Of a stretch of 64,000 nucleotides of DNA, positions 14,331-27,794 are shown in pieces. The notes beneath the pieces are model-generated. The model ran no database searches and was not told where the DNA came from. It worked only from the letters and a program-made list of their open reading frames with translations. The stretch's first letter is position 1; each line of letters starts with the position of its first letter. Made by a program: the position numbers and the translations under genes. The stretch comes from Haplodiscus bocki (lineage: Eukaryota): positions 63,488,001-63,552,000 of the forward strand of contig OZ296650.1 in the NCBI GenBank assembly GCA_965655095.1. The letters run 5' to 3'.

Positions 14331-14775
14331 ATATGTATTTCTGCTCTTCTCCGGATATTACAAAAGCGCCTACAAAAAATTAAGGCAAAAACTGCACTTT
14401 ACCTGTTCCGTTTTCAGCTTTTTTTTTGTATCATGATTAGGCGAGACATGGTCATTTCACCACAAAAATATTGAAAACTATTAAAACGTCGCCATTCCTT
14501 TTCTGAAATTTTTTCGGCTCAGTAACCTAGACTCAATGGAGGTGAAAAATCTATCTTTTAATCTGCTTACGGTAGGATGAGATTTTGATGAAAAACTTGA
14601 GAAAGAGTCTGCTTCTTGTAAAACTTTACACCCGCCACGATTTTGAAAAGCCGGCTTTTCTGGCTTGAATATTAGCAGTAAAAATCGCAACACTGGCCAC
14701 GCTCAATTTATTGTGATCAACTAATCATTTTTAAGACTAAAACACATTCACTGATTTCGAGAAATTTGAGCTAAC

Positions 14776-15131
14776 TTTGCTTTTATTTTTCTCAAGGTAA
14801 TCTCTCGTAACACTTAGGGCAACATTGGCAGCCTCTTCATTCGGATAGCCGTAAATTCCAGTTGAAATACAGCAGAATGCAATGCTGCTCAGTTTCTCTT
14901 CAACCATGATCTTGAAGCAATTCTCATAACAAGAGCGAAGAAGTCTTTCACTTCTGTTCATTGGTCCCACTGTGTGGATCACGTGCTTGGCTGGCAATCT
15001 GTGGCCTCTAGTGATTTTTGCATCCCCGGTAGGACAGCAGCCCAATTTTCTACACTCTTCTTTCAGCTGAGGTCCAGCTGCTCTGTGAATGGAGCCATCA
15101 ACTCCTCCACCACCCAACAACCTTTCATTAG
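14776..15131 (-). CDS. MACROD: MacroD-type ADP-ribosylhydrolase, exon 4 (macrodomain core)
   Basis: ANERLLGGGGVDGSIHRAAG, TGDAKITRGHRLPAKHVIHTVGP and AFCCISTGIYGYP motifs. Acceptor ttttacAG (phase 1), donor GTTAGC (phase 0). Confidence 0.95.
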
Positions 15132-15482
15132 CTGTAAAAAAATCACCACTCAGGCCATTCAGCTCGCGATACATTACGGCTTCAGTAAATTTTGAACCGT
15201 CACATTACGGCCACTTTTGAAGTTTATGATTTCTGTTAAGACAAAAACATCACTTTTTAAAGATTGGATAAGAAATACTTTCTGGGCATGTTCCTTCCTC
15301 AAACTCCCAGTTGAAATAATTAATGATTTGCTTTCCTCCATGATTGCATGCTCCACATAGATGTATCTTGATAGCATAGCTCAATGAAAACTTTCAAAAA
15401 AATGGAACTATTCGAATATTCATCTAAATAAAGAACCCCCTCACCCCAGCTCCCACACGATGCCATGGCATAAATTGCTTAC

Positions 15483-15599
15483 CTGCATTGACTACAGCAT
15501 CCAATTCCAAATGGGTGATATCTTGCTTTACGAGACAAATTTTATGATTCAAATCAGCGCGCATCTCAAAAGGTTTCAATCTGTCGAGTATTCTAAGGG
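15483..15599 (-). CDS. MACROD: MacroD-type ADP-ribosylhydrolase, exon 3
   Basis: LNHKICLVKQDITHLELDAVVNA (DIT/NAAN motif continues into exon 4). Acceptor ttttcAG, donor GTAAGC, phase 1-1, 117 nt. Confidence 0.93.
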
Positions 15600-17807
15600 C
15601 TGAAAACAAATATTGAAGTGAGAACATACAGTGCTGTTCTAAAATATTGCAACTCCGCGTATGAAAATGACGATTTTTTCTGGCAAATTTTTCGAAAACC
15701 ATGCATCGGGTAAACGTATCAAAAACAAATTCTTCTTGGAAATCGCAATGCTTTTCTGACTGAAAATTTTTCTGACTGATTATGAAAGTTTGAAACAACT
15801 AATTTTCAAATAGAGACCATCAACACAGAGACGAAGCGGAACTTCGCAACGCATTCTGACTTGTCAGTTGAGACCACGAACCTAGAATGACATTTGAAAG
15901 TATGATCGGATATCTGATGCCACTTTTAGAAATTGCCACAACAGCTGTCAATCTGAGTTTGTTATAAAAAATCAAAACCAGTCACCGGGTCTAATGCTTG
16001 AAAATTTGATGTCAATCATGACTTTTTAGGCAACTTTTTCAACTACGTCATTTTGATACCCAAAGTTTAAGAAGTTTAAACAGTAAACAACGCAAAAATG
16101 AACAGATACCTCTGAGTGTCTCAAATATTTAATCCATCAATCATGTATTTCTAGGTTACGTTATTTTGCTGCCCAGTGTTCACACAGAGGCGAAGCTGAG
16201 ATTCGCATCACTTGCTGCAACGGAATACTAGTGAACAAATTGAACAAGTATAATTGATTTTGAAGGAGCCACAGTACTACGAATACTACTGATTTAAACA
16301 ATTAAACCCAAATTCAATTATTTCAGTTAATGTTCATATATTTATTTATATGTAAATGTAACAAGTGCAAACGGCTATAGCAGTTATTTCGCTTGATATT
16401 TAATTAAAACAAGCGTGCAGGCTGGAAAAAAGGCCAAGTGAACAAATTTTTGCAAGAAAGCGAGAGCGCATGAAATCTAAGCAATATTAGAATGTAGGCA
16501 CAAATGCGAATTGTGAACAAATCGCAAAAAAGACGCCTGTGATAAAACATTTGCCTGCGCAAGTAGAAAGAATTTGAACAACAAACACGAAAATAAACAA
16601 AAATCTGCCAAACTCACATTTAAAAAACTGATGTCAATCATTTCGCATTAAGTTACGTCATTTTGCTGCCCAGAGTTCCAGAAGATTGAACAGCAAACAA
16701 CGCGAAAACAAGTACAGTAATGATTTTAATTAGGAGCACTCCCAAGCAAAAATCAGCATCTTTGAAGCCTGAAATCTCGAAACAGTTGTGACAGCAAAAG
16801 TTTCTTCAATTTTTGATAACATTATAAAGGTCCGTATTTCAATGCAATCCGACAACTCAAAAAATTTGAGACCCCCAAAAGTTGGAACTTCTCCACTTTT
16901 TGAAGACTTGAGCGACTAAATGGACAAACAAATTCACCTTTACGCACCCAAATGAAACTTTGCGACCCCAAGTCACAATAAAGAAATTTGAGCTAAATTG
17001 CACTCTGAAAAATCTCTTGCCAATGTTGTCATTTCTTGTTATCCCTGCTTCAAAACTTCAAAATCTCAACCCTCAAAAAAAGAGTAAACACATTCAGCAC
17101 ACTTTTACAGCTTCAATCGGGGCAAGTGGAATCCTGCGTGTAGTTTCAACAAAACAGGTTTCTAACTCATTCAATCAGGCTGACCAATTTTATTTTCTTG
17201 GACATTGTTCAAAAGATTGCAGAGAAATAACATAGCCGAAACTTACTCATTTCACCTCCAACTTGCAACACCAAAGAAAATCTGATCAACCTGATCTGAT
17301 TTTTGAGTCAATTTTGATTTTGTGCCTTTTTCATGATTTAAAATGGTTTGTTCAAACGGAAAACAAACGGTAAACATCAGCTCCAGTAAAAAGTTTCAGT
17401 TCCGTTAGTTTTGAAATAGCTATCCAGAGACCGGCCTAGGCGGCTATACGAAGAGCTTGAATTTTGTGAGAACTTTCACTCATAGATTCGGCAGTTAATT
17501 CGTGTCTGCTGAAGATAAGGCACCAATTATCATTTGAGCTAACAGATTTGTACTCACATGAATTGATACAGGAAAAATCAGAAGGGAAATGTAATAACTT
17601 GGCTTGTTTCACGTTCTCACCAAAGCATTTTTGAAACAAAAGACTAAACTGCATCCTATCATGCGCCCCTTCTCCTGTTATTGAGGTCTTTTTCATGTAG
17701 ACAAAATGACCTCACCAGTGTATTGCATTGCTAAAAGAAAAAAATCGCATCGCTATTTCCCCTAATCTTTAGATTAACGTTCATAGTTCAGTAAAGATGT
17801 TTGTGAC

Positions 17808-19700
17808 CAGGGATCTTTATAATTAAATGTGTTTTATTTATTGACATTAAAATAAATGCATTAAATGAATGACCATGGCAGAACATTCATATTTAATGAA
17901 TGCCCATTGGTCGGTTACTGACATCTATAATTTTTAGGCTTAGCAACCAGGCTCTGTAAAGCAATAGGCCGACGTTGCTCTAATTGGCTGTCGAGAAGCA
18001 CAGTCGGGTGACCAATAGGTCATCGTTGGCTTCAATAGTAATAACAGTACACGTTGGTCCATGCAACACTCAGTCTATTTCAGAGCTGTGTAATCTGTCC
18101 ATCTGTAATGTCGCAGAAAGAGATCGTGAATTTTTATTTCCAGCGAAAGCCAGATACGAATTCATACGAATTTCGGTGCGGAAAGGTGCGCAAACAAGAG
18201 GGAACGCGGGGCCACGAAAATTTGATGGAGCACCTCACCAGAGACCATAAAGATTTTTTGGACGAACTTCACAGAGAAAAAATCAACACTTTTTCCGCTT
18301 TTCACGCGGCGGAAAAGCCAAAACAATTTACTATTGGCTAGACTGGCTGTCTACCGGACTACCTTTCAACTTCTGTGAAAAAGAGGCAACACGAAAATAC
18401 TCCAACCTGAAAGACATCTCTCCGAAAACTCTGACCAGTTATATGACCAAAACAGTGAGGCTCGTGGAAAAAGAGTTTGAAAAAGCCCTCCCAGACAAAT
18501 TTGCCTTGATGATCGATGGTTGGTCAGAAATGGGAAGTTCAACACATTGTTGGCGTTTATGCTTTTTTCCAAGCAAAGCAGGTCAGATAAAGTACTTTTC
18601 TGCCTTTTGCGCCTCTGGTTGACGAAACTTCTTACACCGCAGACAACCATTTGGAATTGTTGGAATTCGTCTTGAGTGTTCATAATAAGTCTTTTGAGAA
18701 CGTGAGCTTTATTGTTTGTGACAATGAAAACTTGAACAAATCCATTGCCCGGAAAATATGAAAACCAATGATAGGATGTAGTAGCCTTCGTCTTAACCTC
18801 GCAGTGAAGTTTACTAACCTAGAGTTTTCTGAAGAAATTGAGCTTGTGAATAAACTTATGAAAAAGTTGTCAGATCTAAAGCAATCTGCAATTCTGCATC
18901 GAAAATGCAGCCTCAGACCGGTTCTGAAAAACGAGACAAGATGGTCTTCAATTTTTTTACGCTAACACGTTACTTCGAGTTGAGGCCTTTTATTGATACA
19001 AAAGATCCTGAACTGCCACCTTATGTTCTCACACCTCAGAAGGAAAAATCAAACTGAAAATTACCTGGAAGACTTGAAAATTTTTCAATCTGTTTCCAAG
19101 AAATTGCAAAAAGAAAAAACCACGATGGAAAACACAGTTATTCTATTTTCTGGCCTCTGCTCGAAATTTTCATCAAAATATCCAAATTTGACTAATGACT
19201 TGCAGCCTCAGTGAAATCGTGTGTTTTCGCCTCACTTTGAGCCTGGAAATGTGAGTGATGAGAGGAGAACTCAACTGGAAGAAGCAGCAATTAGAGTTTT
19301 TGAAAAATAAGATGGATGCTCTTTTGCAGAAAACACCCCTGACTTTGCCAAGGAGCTTCTGAGAAATTCACAGAAAAACTCCAAGTATGAAGATTTATCT
19401 TGGATTTCGCCGACTTCGAATAAACTAGAAAGATTTTTCAGGGAAGCAAAATACTCCTTGGGCAGTTACCGCAACGCAATTTTGCTCCAAAACCTCGAGG
19501 CCCATCTTTTTTTTTCACATGAATAAATGTTTTTGGTCAAGGGAAACAATTCAGAAAGTGTTAAATGCAGATACACAGTAAAATGATTAATGTTGTCATT
19601 AATTTACTTTAAGTGCATTTAATTAATGATAAGTTTCGTAACTTACATTCAATGAGGGACTCTCTTCATTGATAATGCATTTAATTATTATACATCCCTG
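17808..19700 (+). mobile_element. Complete hAT DNA transposon, 1893 bp
   Basis: Ends CAGGGATCTTTATAATTAAATG / CATTTAATTATTATACATCCCTG are imperfect TIRs. Perfect 8-bp TSD TTTGTGAC at 17800-17807 and 19701-19708. Confidence 0.95.
18108..19581 (+). pseudogene. hAT transposase, frameshifted
   Basis: Fragments LPFNFCEK, FALMIDGWS, VCDNE, IGCSSLRLNLAV, NETRWSS and SPTSNKLERFF match the hAT DDE/CxxH/RW/ER motifs. Several stops and frameshifts. Confidence 0.9.
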
Positions 19701-19749
19701 TTTGTGACAATATGCGATTCTGTATGTGTAATTCCTGCGTGTTAATGTG

Positions 19750-22700
19750 TATGCGAGATTCAATGCGTGAATAAGTGATTGAATGAGTGAGCAATTGAGT
19801 TGGAATGAGGCTGACAACAATTGCTCCAAGCGCTGCGGTAGTCAGAACACCGTCAAGTAGCAATGGAAAACAGATAAATGTTACGTTACAATTTTTGAGT
19901 TCAAATTAACATTCCAATACAAGTATTGAAAGGCATTGGAAACAAAAGGAATCAAATTAGGAGTCTCCACTTCGATTACCGGCAGCAACCATCACACAAA
20001 GTCTTCAATAGATTTTTTCCGAGTCGATGTGGAAAAGAGAATCCTAAAACCAAAAAAATTAACATATCTGAATATCAACTTGAAACCATTTTCAAGAAAA
20101 AAAACAATTGATTTACAATTACCAGAGAAGTACCGAAGATTATATCCTGAAAGAAACGCCATAATGCTCCTCGGGAGATACAAATTCAGCAGTCAATTGG
20201 GCTGATGAAATGGAAGCAAAATTGGAAACAACAGGATGGGAGTACGTACATCATGATTCCCTGCTCTCGAAACTGCGAGTTACACCTTTAAAAAGTTCGG
20301 AGTATACAATTTCAGAAGTTTTCTATGTCACAAAAACTGGAAGCATGAGTGGATTGTGAACATGTTTTGAAAATCCAAATATCGTAAAGAAAAAAGAAAA
20401 TAAATTTTGGGAAACGAACAATTTTAATCGAAAAAATTAACCTTTTTAACTCTCACTTTCAGCGCCTTCTGGCTCACTTTGCTAACTGGGGACAGCAATT
20501 TACTTCGGGCTTTACGATCAACCTAAGAATAAAAAAGAGAAAACCAACGGAAGAGCGTTAACAAACTTCCCAAAGACATTAAACTACTTTTTTGCTTTTT
20601 TTGAGTCCTGCGCTAGCAAGAGGAGCACTAATAACTGACTTCAACCCAAAACCGAAACTGTCACCGGAAAGAAAATTGAAACTGCAAGTTAACACATATT
20701 GTAAGAAATGATGCTTGCTAAATGACCATGAATTTCTGTGAACTTTTGCAAAATGTAGGCGGGATGAACTATTCCAAATGAACTATGTGATTTACTACGA
20801 AAATATTGAAGGCAGCAGTGTGGAGATTTTACAAACAACTAGTAACACTTGATGCGATCCTCACAGAAATGAGGAATTTTGAAAAAAATGGTGAAAGAAT
20901 TGTCTGGCAGAATCATGAGTTGGTTGACGTTCGTGGCTGAAAATGTTGGAGCCAACGAGCACGCAGTTCAAAAATGCACTTGTCTAAGGTTCTTATCCAG
21001 AAAAAAGACCAAATCTTCGCGTAAAAATCGCTGGAATTTGATGCACTGAAACAGGCAGATACCACGTCAACTTCAATATTCTCGTTCACCTGGTGAAAAC
21101 AAAAAAAAACATTATGCCTCGCATGTAAACCTGAAAGTTCATCTGAAAAATAAAGAAAAAGAAGGAAAATCTAAAGCTGACATCCATGACAGAATCTATT
21201 CCATTCCATCATGGGTGAAGTCAGAATGAAAAAATTCCGGAAAGAAAAAAGATCAGAGTTATAATTCAAAAAATGACAAATCATATCAACCAACAGAAAC
21301 ATCAAGGTGGACCAAACGAAGTGAAGTATGTGTACACAAAAGAAGTGCAAATTTATGCAAACGAACGATACTCAATTACAGCTAACTAACATCTCTAATC
21401 TTCACATGGCTCCGAAATTCTTCTACGCGCATACCCTTTTTCATCCAACTTCGCCCTTGCATTCAATGCATCGATCAAAACTTGATTTTGGAACGCAATG
21501 CTATTTAAAAGAGTCCGTACAAGTTTTAAGATTTCTTCAACTTCATCAACGGGGACATTACTCTCCCGACCCTCCACAGATTTGAACAGGGTAGAACAGT
21601 GCTTTTTGAACATTTCTGAGGGCTGCATTTGAAAGTTTTCTCAGTTTCAATACTTCATTAAGGACGATAAACAGAAATATTAATTGGGTTGGCTAAATCT
21701 TGGAAGAAAAAAAATCGAACATAAACGTACATTATGAAAAACTTAAGAACAAAAAATTATTTCGGTAATTTTATCAACCTAAGAGCTTAACGAACAACAA
21801 GAGTTCAGCATCCATGTTACGACTAAAGGTATATTTACTGACATTGATAGATGATTGAGACCCGAATCCAGGACGGTAACAAAAATAACAAATCTGTACT
21901 CATCACCGTCAGAAACATTCACAATAGCAATTATTCTTTGCAGCTATACATTTCTGCGTCAGCAGAGACTCCGTAAAAAGTGGATCAAATCATCGTGAAA
22001 TCTAGAAGGGAACTTTGGTTCTGCAAGAGTAGTTACATTTGCCCAGCAAAGGCAAGGTTATCGAAAAAATTACTATTCTTAAACTATACACTATTTCTAA
22101 TTATGCAATAGAGGAGTTTTGTTTTTTAATTAACCGACTACAAACTGTCGTCACTAATTCCCACACATTCTTGTCTTCTACGAGCAGAACATGAGAAGGT
22201 AAGGTCAAAAACTCAAAGATGGCTGAATGAAGCCAAAAAACTTCATCAAATAGTCACACATGTGTCAGTTGAAAGGCAATGCGTTGCGTTCAATAATATT
22301 TCCATGCCTTTGCTCGAGTAAAATTATATGATTTCAGCTGGGGGAAAATGGGAGTTTTCAAAATTTATTTCAAATTACCAAAGGACAAAGAGGGGCTCAA
22401 GGAGCATCAATTCAACAAAGCCCATAAAATTTACATGAGAAGGAGCAGCAATAAGCAAAGTCGCAAAAAAATAGGAGTTAGACTCAAATCACCCACAATA
22501 ATCTAAACTCACGTTTATTAGGTACTAATGACAACTCTGATGCACTGAGTTCGATTTATATGGGGATAAGGCAGCCTGGAGTGTAAGAATTTTGTGAAGC
22601 GAGGGGGATCCGGAGAAAAAAATGGTCGCTGAAAACTAACAGCGCTTTCAAGAAAATAGTGCAATACATCTTTCTCCTGTCTTCCAAAAGACCGGTCAAG

Positions 22701-24000
22701 CAGTGTATTGTGTTTTGGGCTTCCGAGTTGTTAAATTGGACATTTTCCCGGCCATGAACTGCGAAAACTACATGCTTGAACCAATATCAACTCGAGTGTA
22801 GCTAATGACAATATCTGCAGACAATTCATTCAATGCACTTTAGAGGATAGTTCGCAAGCTGGTCGCTGAATTCTTCTGAGGTCAATAATGGATGACAAAT
22901 ACGATACCTCTAAATGAGAATCCATACTATATTACAAGGTTAATTTCAGAAGTCTCGGGACATTTCGAGGAAAAAAATTGCGGTGAAATCAAACTGACAA
23001 ACTGACGAGTTTACTTTTCTTCAACGCTCACGGGAGGTTTTGGATGAAAGAACACAATTACGGCATGCAGTCGGGTTTCATTGGGAGAAATCCAGTTGAA
23101 TCAGTTCTGTGCTGTAGGAGCAGATCTTTGCTCACAGTTTCAAATGAAATTTCACAAAAACCAACAGCTGAGAAGGTTAATAGGTGGGTGATGCAAGTTT
23201 TTAAGGAATTGGTGTTCTTCGGCAGGCTTTCTATGCTTTGCCTACTAACGTGAACAAAGTTAGGTTCTACGTGTGGAAATAACAACAACCGTTTCATAGG
23301 CATCGTGTCTCAACTTCTCCATTTCTGCAGGACTGGTTTGTCACAGGAAATTTGTTGTTGACAAAGATTACCAATATTTCGCTTCTCTTTCTATACTGCA
23401 TCTACTCAATGCAATATAAAGAGAAGGCAGCGTATTCTGAGACTCCAGATCTATCTCCAAATGATTTAACCTTTAACTTGAATTTTGTGAGCAGTGATAA
23501 TTGAAGAAGGGACTACAGGGAATTGTTGGCGGTCGATTTTGTAATTACTAAACATGGGTCTCCAAGACTTCATGGTAGTAAAAGAGCTAACATGGTTAAG
23601 AATGGGAATTGAACATATCTCTGCTGACGCGTTACAGATCAATATAGCTTTCTGATATTTCTGAGAGAAAAAGAGCAAGAAAGATTAACTGCAGTCTTAG
23701 TTGGCATCTGGTTGACAATTTCGTTGACGCTTGACTCAATTTCCGCAAATGCAGCGAAATCTCGTCAGAATGTATCTACTGCGACAGCTACTACTACTGC
23801 CACTCCGCATTTCAAAAAGCGTGCTTCATTAAACTTGTCAACGTTTTTTGCCTTCTGGAAGCACGTCAGCTGCCTTCCGGCACATTCGTCTCGACTAGGG
23901 CACAAAGGCTCCGAGGGTCAGCCATGTAAATTTGCCTTCACGTAGCATGTATAATACAAGTCGCAAAGATTTTCATCCTGTCGCATGATTTAAGTCAGCC
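19750..24000 (-). mobile_element. Very decayed non-LTR (LINE-like) element in MacroD intron 2; may continue at ~16900-17800 across the hAT insertion
   Basis: Cys-rich ORF1-like remnant near 23950, IVGD endonuclease-like remnant near 22495 and weak RT-like remnants ~20200-20750. Boundaries are approximate. Confidence 0.35.
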
Positions 24001-26989
24001 AGTGGAACTCGAACTGACTCCAACATGAGCCTATTACTGCCCCGTAATGTGTTAGAGCAATTGCCGTTGATTTGAAAACTTAATGGTCTTAAAGGTTACG
24101 GAGTTGACCAAAATCTCTGCACTATCATAATATCCTGTGAGCGGTGGTCAATGCTATGTAGCAAATAGCCACCCACAGACGATATTTCATCAAAAATCAA
24201 GACGCGGAGTTCCTGAAAGTTCAGAAGTCAAAGCGCTGCTTGAAATTGGAGGAGTGGAAAACGCGGATTATTTTATTACAACGCTGTTGCACAAATTCGT
24301 TTTCACCTCTCCCTCGATATCAGAGCGTAAAAATTTGAAGTTGTCGTAAGGAAGGTCATTATACACCCGAAGAACACGAATACACCAACCACTACGACTA
24401 GTTAGCATACCCTCCCTTTCTCATGTACCCAAGTTGGAGCAACTCCATTTTCCAGTTTTCATCTTCATTTCCTCCGTTCCCCAAGCTTGACAAAAGCCCC
24501 GACGTGCCCAGGATACTAACACGTAAAAGAATTTAAAACTTTTAATCACTTTACCATCCCCGGTTTTTCCCATTATTTTCCGTATATTTCCTAAGCCATG
24601 TCCCCAGTCGAAAAAATCCCATGCCCGAATACCAAACCTTGATCCAAAGGGAAAAATTTTCCTTAATTCAACATTGCCGGCCTTTCCCCTACCAAGTACT
24701 AGGTACTATCTAACTGCAGTACACGAGATGAAATTATTTGATCAAATTTTTGGACTTCCATTCATTGCCACCAGCTGTGAATGGCCAGATCCTTGCCGAG
24801 ACACTAGCCCTCGTTAGAATTGAAAATTTTTTGGCACATGAAATTCACCAGCCACTTCCAGTAATTAGCATATCCTACCTTACCCCAGTACCAACTACGA
24901 TAATCTCAATGTATACAAAATTCTTCTGATTCCCTTCATTCCCATAGCTTGGAAAAAGTCTCGCCCTTTCTCGGATACTACTATGTCAAACTACTTCAAC
25001 TTCCCCGCTCATTCCCGTTACCAGTGCTCCTTGGAACGAATAGCTTCGGAGAAGTTTGACTTTTCCTTCTTTTTCGCGTTTGCGCTGTGTCACCGACTCT
25101 CTGCTGGTGCATAGGGCTCTTCCTTAATCCTTACACCCCTTTGCCTCAACGGGGGTAAGAAATAATTCAAAAGATTCCAATAACTTAACGTATGTAGGAG
25201 TGAGTATACTCACTAGGGAAGCAGGAAAAAATTTTCATTTTCTTCATTTGCGCGCTCTCACCGTTACTATGATGGTTCCTACGGTCCCTCATGTACTCCC
25301 ATGTAACTTTGCTGCGTTCGAAAAAAATAAAAAATCAAATGTTACATGAAATTTCATATTTCGAATGAGGTCGCAAAGTCGGACGGAGAAGCGTCAGAAA
25401 AAAAACCGAGTAACATTAGTAGTTCGTAAAATTAAAATTTTCCGAAGCCCTAAAAACACCAACAAAATCCGACCAAAAATCTAACAAACTTTTGTTTCAC
25501 CTGTTTGTTCGTAATACTTTTGTGCGTTGGAAAAATAATTTCTAGAGTTGCTGAGTTTTTGCCTAGTTCACTTCACTAAAATCAATACTGCCATAACGTT
25601 TTATTCAAAATTCATGTCTTTTTGGTTGTTTCTTTTGTTGCCCAAAATTTAGGAGGTTTTCACAGTACACAACGCGAAAATAAACAAGTACCTGCAAAAT
25701 TACTGCAAAGAGGCTGATTTTGATAGTTTAGACAAGATAACTAGACTCTCTCATGATGTCAAAAACAAATGCAAATTTTGAGGATGAAAAAACTGGGCAT
25801 ATACCGGTTCCCATACACATTATTCCTTTCATTCAGAATGTATAAGAACAATCTAAAAATCTAAGAACCGTTTGCTTTTTCAAAAATTTCCATTTTAGTT
25901 AATTTTTGAGATTTTCGAACTCCGAAAATAACTTGTCGACAGTGGAGTTTCATTATTTTAGAACAGCGCTGTATTCAGGACTCTACGATAGCTAAAGCAA
26001 TGTTATTCTTTCTAGTAATTTTTTTCAACAATTCTGCTGCAAATAGCGTTTCTTTTGCTTTGATCGTTTTATTGGTAATCATTCAAATAAACTTTCATTA
26101 TCTAACGAATGAAAAAATGGCGTACACTACAGGGACAAATGTTTTAGGCTAACCCTACAAAACTCAAGAAAACCAGCCAATTCTTCTATTCTCTTTACTA
26201 CTTTTGTAGTTTAAAAATCAAAACACCCAACAAAGCATGTATAGCCAAATGAGTTCCGTCGAAAGAAATGTTACGTAACTTCAAACCGTTATTCCTTATA
26301 CATATCCATGCATTTATTTGCCATCTATGAAAATTGCCTCAATTTCACAAAAAAAAATCAAAACCAAAAAGTACAAGTACCAGCACATATTCAAGACTCT
26401 TGAAAATTACACTAGACACTAGTCGAAGCACCAAAAATCAATCGAAGCTAAATCTAATGCCTAAACAATGGGTACAAATTTAGGGGAGTATTTCTATGTG
26501 TGATGTATTTCGATGGATTCATCAATTTTTTTGCATACATCATCTTCATTTTTAGATTTATGTACGTCACTTTTTTGGCTATACAATTGAAAATTGAAGT
26601 TCCAGGATACCATCTTGTTTGTAACATTGAAATCCTGGATTAATGGTTAAAATTCCCCTAAAAAAATTCCAAATTGATCTGGTGATTTCAATTCTGGAGA
26701 GTCTAAACAACAGGGCGCTTAAAATTTCTTGTACAATAATTAGCAAGGTCTCAAACATTATTTCACCGACTATTTACAGTTCAATCCGTAACAAGCACAG
26801 ATACATGAAAAACTTTCTGTGCAATAAAGTTAACTGAGGAAACTATGTATTTAAACACATTTTTCAGTTTAATAGTAACCTGAATTTTCCATAGAGGAAT
26901 TCTAAGTTCACGCTCAAGAACCACGCGCGACTTTCAGTTAATTCAGATCATGAGTTTTTGCAAGGCAGTTATATCTAAAACCAACTTAC

Positions 26990-27121
26990 TACGTTCAACT
27001 GAATCATGCTCAGAATCCCATCTAGGAAGGTCCTCGCTGGATGCTGTAACGTATTTGTTGCCACAAAAATAATGCTTCCTTTTCTCTTCCAGAGGCATAG
27101 CCGAATAGTTTAGTGGAGGAT
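26990..27121 (-). CDS. MACROD: MacroD-type ADP-ribosylhydrolase, exon 2
   Basis: DPPLNYSAMPLEEKRKHYFCGNKYVT..LPRW resembles the MacroD1/2 pre-macro segment. Acceptor ctatAG, donor GTAAGT, phase 1-1, 132 nt. Confidence 0.85.
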
Positions 27122-27598
27122 CTATAGCAGAAAAGAATTGCCGTTTCAAGTTGCACATCAAAATATATTCCATGGCTTTAACTAATAAAAATCTCATACA
27201 ATCAAGCACGACAATTATAACTTTAGAGCAGCACTTGGAAGTCGCGGGCATAGTTTTGGATATCTCTTTCAGGAGGTTTTGAAGTTAATAAATTACTAAC
27301 ATGAAGATAATTTATTCTACCAAGAACAAAGCGAGAACAGCTCAAAGTCGGTGATGCTCATTTTTTGGGCGCGAAAATTCTATTAGACCATAGAGGGGGC
27401 TATGGCAAGAAAGATGTCGAAAAACTAGGGATGAAGTCGACAGTCGTTCTGATCTTTGAAAACGGACAACACTTGACTATTTTTTACTACAGTAAAAGCC
27501 CGGACTAAAAAAATACTGCCTCCTATTGTAATGAGGTTTGTTTTGTGACACCAACATAATTTTTATTTCCATTTTCGATGAACTTTTACATTACAAAC

Positions 27599-27794
27599 CT
27601 GTGAATGTCCTTTCAAGGGAAGCAAGATGAGACTGTCCATTTGTGTCGGGCATCGATATTTGTCGTTGTTTCCCCATTTTTGGAGGTTTTTTCCTTGTAA
27701 TCGTAGCACTGTCATCTGAGTGTGTTTGTTTGAGCTGCTTCGTTTCCTTGCTTCCTCCCGCGGTATTCCCATCATGCTTTTGGTTTTTAGTCAT
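27599..27794 (-). CDS. MACROD: MacroD-type ADP-ribosylhydrolase, probable exon 1 (start uncertain; in-frame ATGs at 27920, 27896 and 27794)
   Basis: Open frame MTKNQKHDG...ERTFT ends at donor G|GTTTGT in phase 1, which matches exon 2. The joined product from 27794 is 341 aa. Confidence 0.65.

Noticed and set aside
21395-21628. Nested small gene in the MacroD intron (77-aa ORF)
   Set aside because: No recognisable homology or linked exons. It may be a TE fragment and cannot be supported.
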